DNA from: Amoebidium appalachense
Lineage: Eukaryota > Protista > Ichthyosporea
DNA length: 64,000 nt
Direction of reading: 5' to 3'
Assembly: GCA_963693365.1 (NCBI GenBank)
Contig: CAVNZM010000012.1
Coordinates: 1,116,001-1,180,000 of the forward strand
Position numbers and translations under genes: made by a program. The notes below the pieces were generated by a model. That model did not search any database, was not told the DNA's origin, and was given only the letters and a program-made list of their open reading frames with translations. Shown piece after piece: positions 1-20,187 of this stretch (positions are counted from its first letter, which is position 1; each line of letters begins with the position of its first letter).

Positions 1-252
1 CATCCTCAGGGAGGACCCAAGTCATCAATTGCGTCTGAGTTTCGACCCCTTAGCCCGCGTATATATGACGCTCCAACTCAGACAGCAGCATCAACTGAAC
101 TTGGGCGGGTCGACCCGTCTTGATCAAAGACGAGCAGGGTTGCTTATGCAAGCAAGGTGAGCAAAACGGTGAAGATGTGTGTGCAAACTAATGCAGTGCA
201 GCGAAAAATGCGTATGTGCTTACAGATGCACGACACAGAGCAACTATGCCCG
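1..252 (-). mobile_element. Poly-C-associated element, family A, 5'-truncated copy cut by the window edge
   Basis: Reverse complement aligns closely to ~19175-19420 and ~41174-41413. The 5' end abuts a long C run on the element strand. Lies in a WDR13-like intron, sense orientation. Confidence 0.85.
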
Positions 253-430
253 GGGGGGGGGAGGGGGCTGGAAAGGGGGCCTATGTGGTGATCGGGATGG
301 AGCAGAGACACATGAGAAAAGAGGAAGTGGAGAGGAGAGGGCGGAGGAGGAGGGGGGGACAGTGAGGATTAAGTGTGGGTTGTTATGCATGCTGCGTGTG
401 TGCACGCGCGTGTGTGTGTGTGTTTGTTTG

Positions 431-597
<167 letters not shown>

Positions 598-754
598 CGT
601 GTGCGTGTGCGTGAGTCTCTGTGTATGTGTGCATGTGCGCGTGTGTTCCTGTGTGTGCGAGTGGGTGCATTCAGAGATACACGAGTTTGCACATGTGCTT
701 GGGTGTGCCTGTGTATGTGTTTGCTTGTCTGTGTATGGTAGGCAGTGAGGAGAG

Positions 755-965
755 ACAAGATAACAAGCACATCTGATAAGAGCACAAATGATAAGGGCAC
801 ATATAATGAGAGCACATTTCTTAAGAGCACAAATAATTCGAACACATATATTAAGAGCATGTATGATAAGTGCACATTTAATAAGAGCACATGAAAAAAA
901 GATCACATTTAATAAGAGCACATGAAAAAGGAACACATCTAATAAGATCACATATATTAAAAACA
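755..965. repeat. Degenerate ~15-20 bp tandem repeat (TAATAAGAGCACAT-like)
   Basis: About a dozen imperfect copies of taagagcaca(t/a). Confidence 0.7.
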
Positions 966-982
966 TTATACGAGCTCAGCAC

Positions 983-8922
<7,940 letters not shown>

Positions 8923-9944
8923 TGAGTGCTGGTTATATTATGTATCCGGCACCGAGCGGTTGAAAAAATCAAAATCGTTGTTTGATGTGCGACGTTCTCT
9001 GTACGTGTACTATACAGTGCACGTGGATCCTCATGGAGACGCACCTGTTATAAGATGTGCCTTGTGTGTGTGCGTCACGGTTTGTGTGTGTTTGCGTGCG
9101 TGTGTGCGCGTGCGCGTACGTGTGCGTGTGTGTGTGTGTATGCGTGTGTGTGTGTGTGCGTGTGTGTGTGTATGTGCAGGCGAATGTAAAAGTACGTGAA
9201 TGCGTGCGTGCTTACGTGCGTGTGTGTGTGTGTGTGTCGGCGTGTGTGTGTGTGTTTATCTGTGTGGCGTGTGTTCGTGCGTTGAGGTGTGTGTGGGTGG
9301 GTGGGTGGGTGGATACGTGTGTTTGTGCGTGCGCGCGTTTCTGTGCGTTGTTTGCACACGTGTGAGCCAAGTTTTTGTGGCAAACTCAAGCGGTTTTCCA
9401 AAGATCTCGCCACCTTCCGTCTGAATGGGCGTTTGTTGTTGCTGTTATAGACGTAAAGTGATCGCTGTCTAAAATGGACATGAAGAAAAGACCTCGCCTA
9501 TTTCCATTTCCTTTTGAGTGAACGTTTGTTGTTGCTGTTATAGACAATAACCTCAATAACTCATCAACGAACAAACGGTACCCCTAATTTTTGGCCCGTT
9601 CTGCCTTAGGCTAGGAGAAACGCTTGAGTCAAGTCACCCTAATTTGTAGCTATATAAAGGAGAAAAATAAAATATGGCCAATAGCGGATAAGATCACGCT
9701 CCAGGCACCAGCCGCTCCAAAGCATTCCGCATTAAAATAAGTTTCCAATCAAATGCTTGTATCAGATTTGGCGGGAAAACAAAACAGGGTTATGGTAGGT
9801 GACATTTCGTACCCCGGCTACATGTTCTTTTTCGTCACTGATACTTCACGGCTTCACGGTGTGCTCCAGCTGGTACGTGTAAATTTCTTTCCCTCGAGAA
9901 ACCTGCGGAATACTTTTCTTCGCGGAGCCTCAGCTACAAGAATC

Positions 9945-10156
9945 CTCCCTCCTCCTTCCCCCCTTCCCGCCCCTCTCTCCCTCTTCAGATAGATCTTTCT
10001 CGCACGCGAGGTCTTCCTCTATAGATTGATCGAGCTCTCCTCCTCCTCCTCTCCCTCTCTCCAGTCTCTCTCTCTCTCTCTCCCTCTCTCCCCCTCTCTC
10101 TCCCTCTCCCTCCCCTCCCCTCTTCCCCCCCCCCCCCCCTCTTTCGCTCTCTCTGA

Positions 10157-10219
<63 letters not shown>

Positions 10220-10270
10220 ACACGCAAGAACTCTCTCTCCCTATTGATCTCTCTCTCTCTCTCTCTCTCT

Positions 10271-10338
<68 letters not shown>

Positions 10339-10408
10339 TCTCTCTCTCCTCTCTCTCTCCCTCTCTCTCTCACCGCCTCTCAGGCTCTCCCCTTCTCTCT
10401 CAAGAGCG

Positions 10409-10481
<73 letters not shown>

Positions 10482-10930
10482 TCTCTGAGTCTCTCTCTAG
10501 ATCTCGCTCGAGCTCTCTCTCTAGATCTCTCTCTGTTTCTCTCACTCTCTCAGGCTCTCTCTATCTCGCTCTCGCTCCCCCCCCCCCCCCCCCCCCTCCC
10601 CCCCCCCCCCCCCCTCCCTCCCTCTCCCTCTCACTCTCACTCACACTCTCTCACTCCCTCTTTCTGTGAAGAGCTATCCCCCTCCCTTCCTCTGTATCTC
10701 GAAGTTCTTCAGCAGATCCCTTCTCTCTCGAGCTCTCTCCCTCCTTCTCCCTTTCTCTCTTTCGGCTTGTCTCGCTCTTTGCGCACTCTTAATCTCTCGT
10801 CTCTCTCTCTGTCTCTCATTCTTTTAAGAGCTCGCTCCCGGGCCCTCTCTTCCTCTCCATCTCTCTTTCCCTTTCTCTTTTCCTTTCCCCCCCCCCCCCC
10901 CCCCCCCCCTCACCCCCCCATCCCCTCTCT
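9945..10930. repeat. ~1 kb polypyrimidine (CT)n/poly-C tract
   Basis: The + strand is almost all C/T, interrupted by a (CA)n run and short palindromes (gagctc, agatct, ctcgag, tctaga). Confidence 0.85.
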
Positions 10931-11063
10931 TTTCCCGCCGGGTTCACTACACTCTTTTCCAGACCCCCAACCCCCAATCCCCACAATTTCCCTTTCACAG
11001 TTTCCTTCATCCCGGGGGTAACCACGGAGTGATATGTCCATTTTTTTATTTTTTATTTTCTCT

Positions 11064-11102
<39 letters not shown>

Positions 11103-12294
11103 GAGGCCATGCTGCGTCGGACCCCTGTTCAGACGGGCACATGTACAGGTGTGTCGATTATGCAAAATGCACACGTGTATTAATTTCTAAGTGGGGGGTC
11201 TTACATATACAGTTTGATACACACATTTTCAGGCAGATGATTGTGTATTTCGGCCTGTTCCTTTCAAGTGACTTTTTATTACTTACTTTATTTTCCGTTT
11301 CTTTATTTTCTTTTCCTGGTTCGTTCAAAATGACTTACCTTTTTCATTTGTTTTTTTTAGTGTGTACGTGTACGTGTGTGTGTGTGTGTGTGTGTGTGTG
11401 CACGCGCGCGCACGTGTGTGGGTGTGGGTATGGGCCCGGGGGAAACACTTGCCCAATCAGTGTCAGGCCATTTCGGATCAAAAGGTTACACGATATGCTA
11501 CACACGAACCATTCACACACATTTTGTATGGAAACCGGGATATTTATTAACATGTAACATGAGTAGTAAGTACGGGCATTCAGGTACCTTCGAATAATCC
11601 AGCTAATAGATATACACTATGAACACCACCCATTTCAAGTATGGGCAGACCATATACACCATTGCATATGGCAGACTGCTAAATGAAAAATCAAAGTCAA
11701 TCCCTAATAGGTCAACAAACTTGTTACATGGATTGATGTTTGGTGTTGTAAAATTTGAAAAAATCAAAGTTTGCTAGTGGCCGGGCTCTGATATAAACGG
11801 CCCAAAACGACAAGCACTCGAAACGTAGGCACATCGAAAAACATTGCCAAAAACACATCATAATGTTGCTATATGTAACCAGTCACTAGGGGAAACAAGT
11901 AACATGAGAAAAATGAAAGTACCTACATAAAACATTGTTGCTTTGCCTACGTTGAGAGAGCATGCCCACTCTTTGACATTGAAAACCCACCATTTCGTGT
12001 GTATGGATTGTGTACAACCACGTGCACACTTTCTCCTCCCCCTTTCCCAAATATAAGTTGATACTCCAACCACCCCATTACCGAACCAGATAAGATCTAC
12101 CACTAAAAAAAACTTCTTACGATGGAAACGAACCGACACCTCTTCACACCCAAGAAATATCGGGAGAGAGAAATCCAATGACCTTCAATAGAATCAACAG
12201 GGAGGCGAGTTTTTCGCCGAATTTGAAGAAAAAGGAAAAAAGGAAGACAGGTGCAGAAAGCGACATCACAACTGTGGCTCTTGTATGCGACTGG

Positions 12295-12438
12295 CTAACT
12301 TGAATGTGACATCCTTGGGGGAATATGCCTGCAAGGGCAATGATAAGTCAGAAACGGTAGCTCAGAAACTGTAAACGGAGACCGAGAGACTCCTAGCTGG
12401 TGTGTGTATGTGCGCACGTGCTTGCGCAAATGCTTCGA

Positions 12439-12470
<32 letters not shown>

Positions 12471-12486
12471 ATACACACACACATGG

Positions 12487-12525
<39 letters not shown>

Positions 12526-12836
12526 CCTCACACACCACCACCATTACCAGGGGATGTATGCTTAATATGGCAAACATGAAACAAAGACATAAAGAACCAA
12601 ACAAAAACATCAGCACAGACACCTACCCACAGCAGAGACGTGCACAGGCCGTCACCCACACCACTACCACCCGAGTGCACGCCTATCGAACATGTGTCCC
12701 TGGTCAGCCCCCAAACAAATACGATAGCAGTAAATGTCGATGTGTGTGCACATGGGTGGGCGTGAAAGACAACGGGTTGGGGATGGGGTGAGTCATAGAA
12801 AGTGGTTGTGTGTGTGTGTGTGTGTTTGTGTGTGTG

Positions 12837-12867
<31 letters not shown>

Positions 12868-13808
12868 GGGGGGGGGGGGGGGGGAATACCTCCACCTGGA
12901 GTCAATCTCGCGCTCCTTATTCATGCAGATGAGACACGGGAGGAACTGAGAACACACGTGTGCCTGTGCGTGTACTTGCGCTTCCGCCTGGCTTGCGATA
13001 GTCGTGGTGGTGGTGGGTGAGGCAAGTAGGGGGGTGGGTGCTGTAGATGCAGACATGGGTCGCTGGAGGGGTGAAGCGTTTGTGGGAGTCCAATCTCCGG
13101 GGTAGGCTGCGGGGGCTGCGGGCTGGTGTTGTTGGGGTGGATAGGCACCTTCGTAGTAGCGTGGTCCCTCAGGAACTGTGTGGGTGGGAAATGGGAGGGT
13201 GGTTGTTAGAAAGGTGGGTACGTGCAAGCACAAAATGGGAATTATATTATATAATGTTAGTGGTAGATTGTTACCTTGGGCTGGATTCGATGAAAATCGT
13301 TGATAATGGACCTCAAGCCTAACATGTTATCCTCCTTCATAGTGCCACACACGACTGTCCATCAACACATCCTAAAGCCCTTGTTCAGCACACGTACACC
13401 GACGTCGAGAGCACTTGCAACCCCCCCCCCCCCCCCCCCTTCCCCCCCCCGCCCCTCTCCCTGAAAAAACCAACCAACACACACACACAAACCCTGCACG
13501 CATACTGAACAATAACAGAAAACACGTCACCCTTATCATTCCTTTCACTCACCATAGTATGCAGGCCGGTATCTCTTGTAGTCTGGGTGCTCTCCGTATG
13601 CATACTCCTCTGCCGCTGGACGCTTCCCGGCCTCACCCGGGTAGTAGTGATAGCCTGGGTGTGGCTGCTGGTAGACTCTGCAAAAAATGCAAAAAATGCA
13701 AAAAAATAAAAAATCAGTGACAAGAAAAAAAAGAACAGAACTGCTGTGAAGACAACTGAAACGGTGAAGTTTGAACCCATTCAACAGGCACCACAGACAT
13801 AATAGAAA

Positions 13809-13851
<43 letters not shown>

Positions 13852-13874
13852 GCATCTATGTTTCGTGTATTTTG

Positions 13875-13908
<34 letters not shown>

Positions 13909-15149
13909 GGGGGTAATAGAACTACGTATGCGACACAGAGTGGAAAAGCCAAGAACACACGCACACACATACCCAAAACGCGCACACATAAAAACAAAGC
14001 CCAAAAACCTCCTCCCATCAGCATCCTACTGGCACTACACCAAGCTACGTGCCTCCCCCCTTCCCCCCCCCCCCCCCCCCCTCCCCCCCCTCTGAAACTA
14101 CAATCGCTTTTGTAGCCTTTCACAGACTGCTTGGAAAGCATGTTTTTGCTACTCATTTACATGTTTTTGCAAAAAAAAGGTTAAAACCACTTACTCGTAC
14201 TGGGGTCCACCAGGGTGGCTGTACACAGGCTGGGCCACAGGAGCACCAGGCGGCACACCCCAGCTCGGGAGCCATTCCCTTGGCGCCATAGGGCCAGGGG
14301 GCACGTCCCTGTTGATGATAATGTAGGATTGGAATGCATTCGGCGACAATCATTTTCGGGACTTGACTTGGGTGGTGTCATGTGTGCTTGTGGCTGCGTT
14401 TTTTCTTCTTCTTTTTAGGGGGGGGGGGAAGGACTGCACTCCATTTGTATCAAATATGCAAACCACATACTGTTCCACCCTCAGTGTTTTTCCTATTGGA
14501 TGCCGATAAGGCATAGCGTACGTTTCAGTGTTTCATGACGATAAAAAACTGTGAGACTTAATCTATGACCGTGACATCGACAAACTGTAGATGTGCCAGC
14601 CATGTTACTCGAGCACTGAACTCACACCGGAGTAAGCCAACGGACAGCCCATAAGAAGTGGGGATACTCGATTTACATGAAACCGTGACAAGCAACACGT
14701 ACACACACAAACATTTGTGCACAAACTCACATCCTCACATAACACACCAGCACATGCACAGGGGCAGATAACGTACTGTGTTACCACCTGCACTAAGACA
14801 ACAAGACGATCGCGAACTAAAAAAAACGCCTGACTAAAGCCTAGAGGTCTTCAAGATGCAATGTTTGCATTTATGAAGAAAAGTTGGAGGAGAGGGAGGA
14901 CGAGGGGGGAAAGGGGGAGACGAGGGGACAAGTAGCAGATAGTATGATGGACGAGGCGAGTGTGACGGGGGAGAGAGGGAGAGAATTAACAATGGCACAA
15001 CTTTATGAGTACATCGGTAAAGAAAGTTTAGAGGCAGGGGGGCAGGCGTGGTAGCAAGTGGGAACCCACTGGGCGTGGGAACTGAGGAGGGGAAGGGAGG
15101 GGGCAGATGGGTCATACCTCCTCTCATAAGCCATGCCGTATTGCTCCAT
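12295..15149 (-). CDS. Uncharacterised 196-aa Pro/Tyr-rich protein with a C-terminal HxC-x4-CxxC motif
   Basis: Exons 15149-15118, 14308-14195, 13677-13553, 13175-12890 and 12328-12295 are all GT-AG and phase-compatible (591 nt): MEQYGMAYERRDVPPGPMAPREWLPSW...HVCSQFLPCLICMNKEREIDSRWRHIPPRMSHSS*. A CTGAC branch point precedes the last acceptor. Confidence 0.7.
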
Positions 15150-15499
15150 TATGTTCTCTCAACCTCCACTCCACAACAACGGATGCGAAGAAGCGGCTGC
15201 CTCCCACTATCCAGTACTGGCCTGTTGTTGCCTCTGAATGATGGAAACCGAATACTACCAGCTTAAGCCCTTTGATGAGGTAATCATAATCTACGATGTC
15301 ATAAATCTGGTTGCTAGGCAAACAAGCACATGACAAGGGACGATTCTCCCGATGCTGGTTGGGCGCTCCACCTTTTTTGCTACCCCTTACGGCATGGACG
15401 GGAAAGGTGCAAAGTGTCTCAAGAAAATGTGCCCCACTCTTGCTTGCAAGTGTTCATAGTCAATTAAGTTCAAACGTAAAAACAACGACAAGAGAAACA

Positions 15500-17090
15500 G
15501 GACTTCACGATACGCAAATAAACGAGCAAAGCACCCGTCCGCTGTTTTTGACGACGCACTTTGACCTGAACTTGGTCGGATCTAGGGCGCTGGACCACTG
15601 CTCGGTGTTGCCGAAATTTGCGAAACTTTAAGTTCCCGTATTTGTTTTTCAAAGTTGCGAAGATTACAGTACACATCCCTGTTGAGCTATTCAGAAGGTA
15701 TAATTTATAGGAGTGTCACAGTTAGCATTTCATATTGATACTTTTAAAATAAAAATATTATTGCTACTTTGTTTTTCGTGTTTAGTAGTGTATGGGAAAG
15801 TGCGATAGCCCTAGAGCACAAGCTTTTATAGGGCGGATATGAATTAATGGAACAACTCGTAAATCGTAAAATCAAGCGGAAAACCGAAAAGCCCTAATGG
15901 GTATACCTTCTGGCTATGTGGTTTTGATTGGCTGCACCGAGCACTGCTGCCTGATCTCAAGTTCGCAGCAGTGGCTCACAGTCACCGTGACACAATAGTC
16001 TATGCAAATACTTGTACCCTAATCCTGGAATGTTAAAAAAAGGAACAAAAAGGTCTTTGCATATTCAGTAAGAAACGTGAATATTTCTATACTCTGAGTG
16101 GGGTACAAAACAAATGAATCTGATCATAAAGACTATCAGCACTGGTGTGGTAAACTACACGCCACGTGTCAATGACTCGAAACCAGCCAATCAGAATGTT
16201 GATTGGTTTTTGAACCCTCCGATATGTCAGTTGAATGCAGTGGAAGCATCAGATAGATTGTCTAACTTTCTGAAATAATTTATGGCAAGCACTTATTGTA
16301 GTTGCTACACATAAACATATTCATCACGAATGTTTGTAGAGATTTTTAACATTATACTGAGTAAACACACTGTTGAAATAGAAAGTTGCATTCTATTAAT
16401 AATTCCATGCCGAAAGCTTCTGCGATCCTCCAATCAGATTCGGCCTAGACATAGAAACGGTCTCCATAGCACCTTGTGATTTTCGAATAATGCCTACTGT
16501 TTATCGTATATTTGGCCATTTTCATATGATCTAAGCATATAACCTCGCAAGTATTAATTATACAAACAGCTTTTTTAAAATTAACAACTACGTTTTGTGC
16601 TAAAGAATACTGATATAGTTCGAAAGAGGAAAGGAAATCAACAAACTATAAATCTGAAATTTAAAAAGAACCCCAGGTTGTGGGTGAACAGCGGACTTCC
16701 CCCAAGCTTACACGTTTGCTCCGTTGTCAGCTCGTTGCATTCCGATTTATTTGTTTCTGTGTACAGTGTGCCTGTTTATTAAAAACGTGCATTCGTGGTC
16801 AATTGACTCGGTTCATTTGAACATTGAACTAGCCTTTGGTCGTGCCATCCACCTGATATTTATTCCTGTTGTTATAAACCTCTTTGAAGTTGTATACCGT
16901 ACAATTCATTCCTCTTAGGTGATGTTTGTTTAATTCTAAAAACACTACCGACTTTAAACGCGGGTGTTAAAGTTTCCTTCAAAACTTTACTTTACGCGTA
17001 TTTCTGTGTTTTGGTTCCCAGAAGTGTAGCTTGTTTGCCTTGTCAACTGAAATCTGTAACTTAAGATTATATTTGACTTCTAAGCGCCAG
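15500..17090. promoter_or_regulatory. Divergent promoter region (orphan gene / PP4c)
   Basis: AT-rich, microsatellite-free interval between head-to-head genes. CCAAT/ATTGG boxes near 15926, 16187, 16201 and 16430. Confidence 0.5.
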
Positions 17091-17097
17091 GTCCACA

Positions 17098-17443
17098 ATG
17101 TCTGCGTTGGATAAGTAAGAAGCCCCCCTTGGTCCCCCATCATTTACCTAACAGTTCGCAATAAACTTCACCGACTATTCACATCCGCTTGCTTTCATGA
17201 CCGTGCTTTACATGGCTTCCATAATTAAAGTTCACAATATTCCTACTTTTTTTGTTGTTTCATTGCACTATCAGCATGCCTCCAAAACAATGAAGGGGTT
17301 TTTATGTCAGTGGATGGTGTGTGGCTGCTTTTTGTGAAAAAGAGTTTCGAACCCCTCTTTTTGGCATGTTCCGTGTGTCACGTCAGCTTATGGTGCCTCC
17401 TCCCTACAGCTTCTTAGAGGTCTGGGTTGCCTGTCAAAGCAAC

Positions 17444-17490
<47 letters not shown>

Positions 17491-17843
17491 ACACACCCCT
17501 CCCCTTTTCAATCCTCCTTGTGGCCATCAGGGGTTTGGCTCCCTATGTTGCTAGGGTAGGCTTGAGGTCTGGGCAATGGGGGATCCTCTTTCTCAGGCCG
17601 TGTGGGCTTTGAAACCCGTGTGTGGGAGGGAGGTAGGGAGGGTAAGAAAGGCAGTTCACGTTTTAGGACTTCTGTTCTTACCATGCGGTCAACAAAGGCA
17701 AATTGAGAGGCTTCGCAATGGGGAACTCCTTGATGAAGAGGAAGTGAAGAATTTGTGCAGTCTAGCGAGGGAAATTCTTGTGGAAGAGAGCAACGTCCAG
17801 AGAGTTGACAGCCCAGTAACGGTGGGTGATTTTTTTTTTGTGT

Positions 17844-17874
<31 letters not shown>

Positions 17875-18469
17875 GGAGGGTTAACAGAAGGAAAGTAAGG
17901 GGGGCTGTGTGTGTGTCTGTGTGTGTGTGCCCGCGCTCACGCTCGTGTGTGTGCGCGCGTCTGTGCACGCAATGATGGAGGAGCAGGGGGAGAATGCAGG
18001 CGTAAATCTGGGCAAAAGACACGCTGGAGGGGAGGAGGGGGAACGAAGGGGAACGAGGCTCTAACTGACTAAATATTGGAAAGTTTGTCTGGTATGGATG
18101 GTATTGATTTCGGTTTTTATATTTTTTTAATTTTTTATTTTTTTTGGGGGGGGGGGGGGAGGGGGGTAGAGGGGAAGAATGGAACCAAGTAAAGTGGCTT
18201 AAACCCCAAAGGTAATGCGAACACGGGATGATGCTTAGTTTTCCGCTACATGGATGTGACATCCAAGTGTGAGTGCCGTGTGTGTGTATGTGTGACTGTG
18301 TAAGGGGAATGAAGGGGGGGGGGGGGGGGGGGGGGGGGGGGCTGCTGGTTGTACAAGGTTATGTGTAAGAATACCAATACCCATCGATCTCAGACCCAGA
18401 GGTGTACTTCTGGGCACACGGACACACACATACACACAGGCACGCACACACATACGCGCGCACGTGTGT

Positions 18470-18505
<36 letters not shown>

Positions 18506-19547
18506 AGCGCTTTGCCCGCCTGTAGGGCAATCCGTAACACCCCACTTTCCAACACCCAAATATCCGGCCATACACCTACCGGTTGCAACCGTTCCAACTC
18601 ATAGTTTTTGTGTTTTCTGTGTGCAGATATGTGGCGACATTCACGGTCAGTTCTATGACCTGAAGCAGCTGTTCAAGGTGTGCCATCCGTCCCCTCCCCC
18701 CCCGAAAACACACACACACACACACTCACACTCACACATACACGTCACAAGCTCACTCACTTACTCACTCACTTACTCACACGGGGAATCTGCTCTCTGC
18801 TCGCAATGCATAATCTTTGTGTGTTTCTTTGCCTCGCGTTGTTTCGTCATGAATGTGTATTTCGTACTCTGTTACTCATCTGTACCCCCCCCCCCCCCCC
18901 CCCCCCCCGGGCTAAGGGGTCGAAACTCAGACGCAATTGATGACTTGGGCCCTCCCTGAGGATGGGCTCTGCTTATGACGCATACTGTGCGCATGGCTGA
19001 TGCTGCATACTTGAATGTTTGCCTTTGCATGTGTCCTGCACCATGCTTCTCATCGTGTATGCGTACTTCGTACTGTGTTCCGCATTCAAACCCCCCCTGT
19101 CTTCTTTCAGAGGTGTCCTTTCAGGACAGACCACTGTGTGGAGACATCTTTACTTCCATGCAACCGGGCATGGTTGCTCTGTGTCGTGCATCTGTAAGCA
19201 CATACGCGTTTGTCGCTGCACTGCATTAGTTTGCACATACATCTTCACCGTTTTGCTCACCTTGCTTGCATAAGCAACCCTGCTCGTCTTTGATCAAGAC
19301 GGGTTGACCCACCCAAGTTCAGTTGATGCTGCTGTCTGAGTTGGAGCGTCGTATATACGCGGGCTAAGGGGTCGAAACTCAGACGCAATTGATGACTTGG
19401 GCCCTCCCTGAGGATGGGCTCTGCTTATGACGCATACTGTGCGCATGGCTGATGCTGCATACTTGAATGTTTGCCTTTGCATGTGTCCTGCACCATGCTT
19501 CTCATCGTGTATGCGTACTTCGTACTGTGTTCCGCATTCAAACCCCC

Positions 19548-19578
<31 letters not shown>

Positions 19579-19888
19579 ACACTCACTCACACTCACACAC
19601 CACACACGCGCGCGCACACGCACACGCACGTAAGAATAGCCCCCCATCCCCTCACCCCCTCCCTACATGTTCAAGTGAAGAAGTATGTCAGACTGGTCGT
19701 TTTCAGCATGTCTGCCTGTGTTACTTTGGGCGCCGGATGAGAGGGGGGGGGGGGGGGGGGGGGGGGGGTGAAGGTGTAGGTGTGTTTTAGGCGCCCGTAT
19801 GGCTGGTGTATGTATCACGGTTTTTTTCTTTTCTGTAATATTCATGTCCGTCCGTGTGAACGCATGCGTGTACGTGCAAGAGTGGTGG

Positions 19889-19937
<49 letters not shown>

Positions 19938-20119
19938 CGCGTATGGATGGTTGTGTGCTGTGGGGTGATGGTGTGTGTGACGAGTCTAGGCGTGTGGGTG
20001 GGTGGGGGGGGGGGTAATGTTGGGAGGAAATGTATGACCATGCAGTTCTGTAGCCCTTCACACTTTCCAACATCCCTCCACACAGACACATCTACCAATC
20101 CCCTGCTCCATCCGCACCT

Positions 20120-20187
<68 letters not shown>

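Noticed and set aside
9589-11807. DNA transposon bounded by ttttggcccgtt / aacggcccaaaa
   Set aside because: The inverted match is only ~12 bp, does not extend, and has no TSD or transposase.
15124-15336. 70-aa minus-strand ORF as a coding exon
   Set aside because: It stops just before the donor. The phase-compatible frame starts at ATG 15149, so this is probably 5' UTR.
19340-19372. HDV-like ribozyme suggested by hairpin + GGCTAAGGG
   Set aside because: No P1, P2 or P3-L3 (TCCTCG-like) elements upstream, and the motif is absent in subfamily B.
19361-19385. tRNA gene or tRNA-derived SINE head (GGTCGAAAC B-box-like)
   Set aside because: No A-box or cloverleaf, and the motif is internal rather than at the element's 5' end.
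19370-19425. Canonical hammerhead ribozyme (retrozyme)
   Set aside because: GAAAC precedes CTGAGGA with only ~4 nt available for stem I, stem II does not pair, and the putative GUC is GCC in two copies. Kept only as a non-canonical possibility.
18909-19542. True LTR/TRIM element
   Set aside because: No TG..CA termini, PBS or PPT, and other copies start at different internal points.
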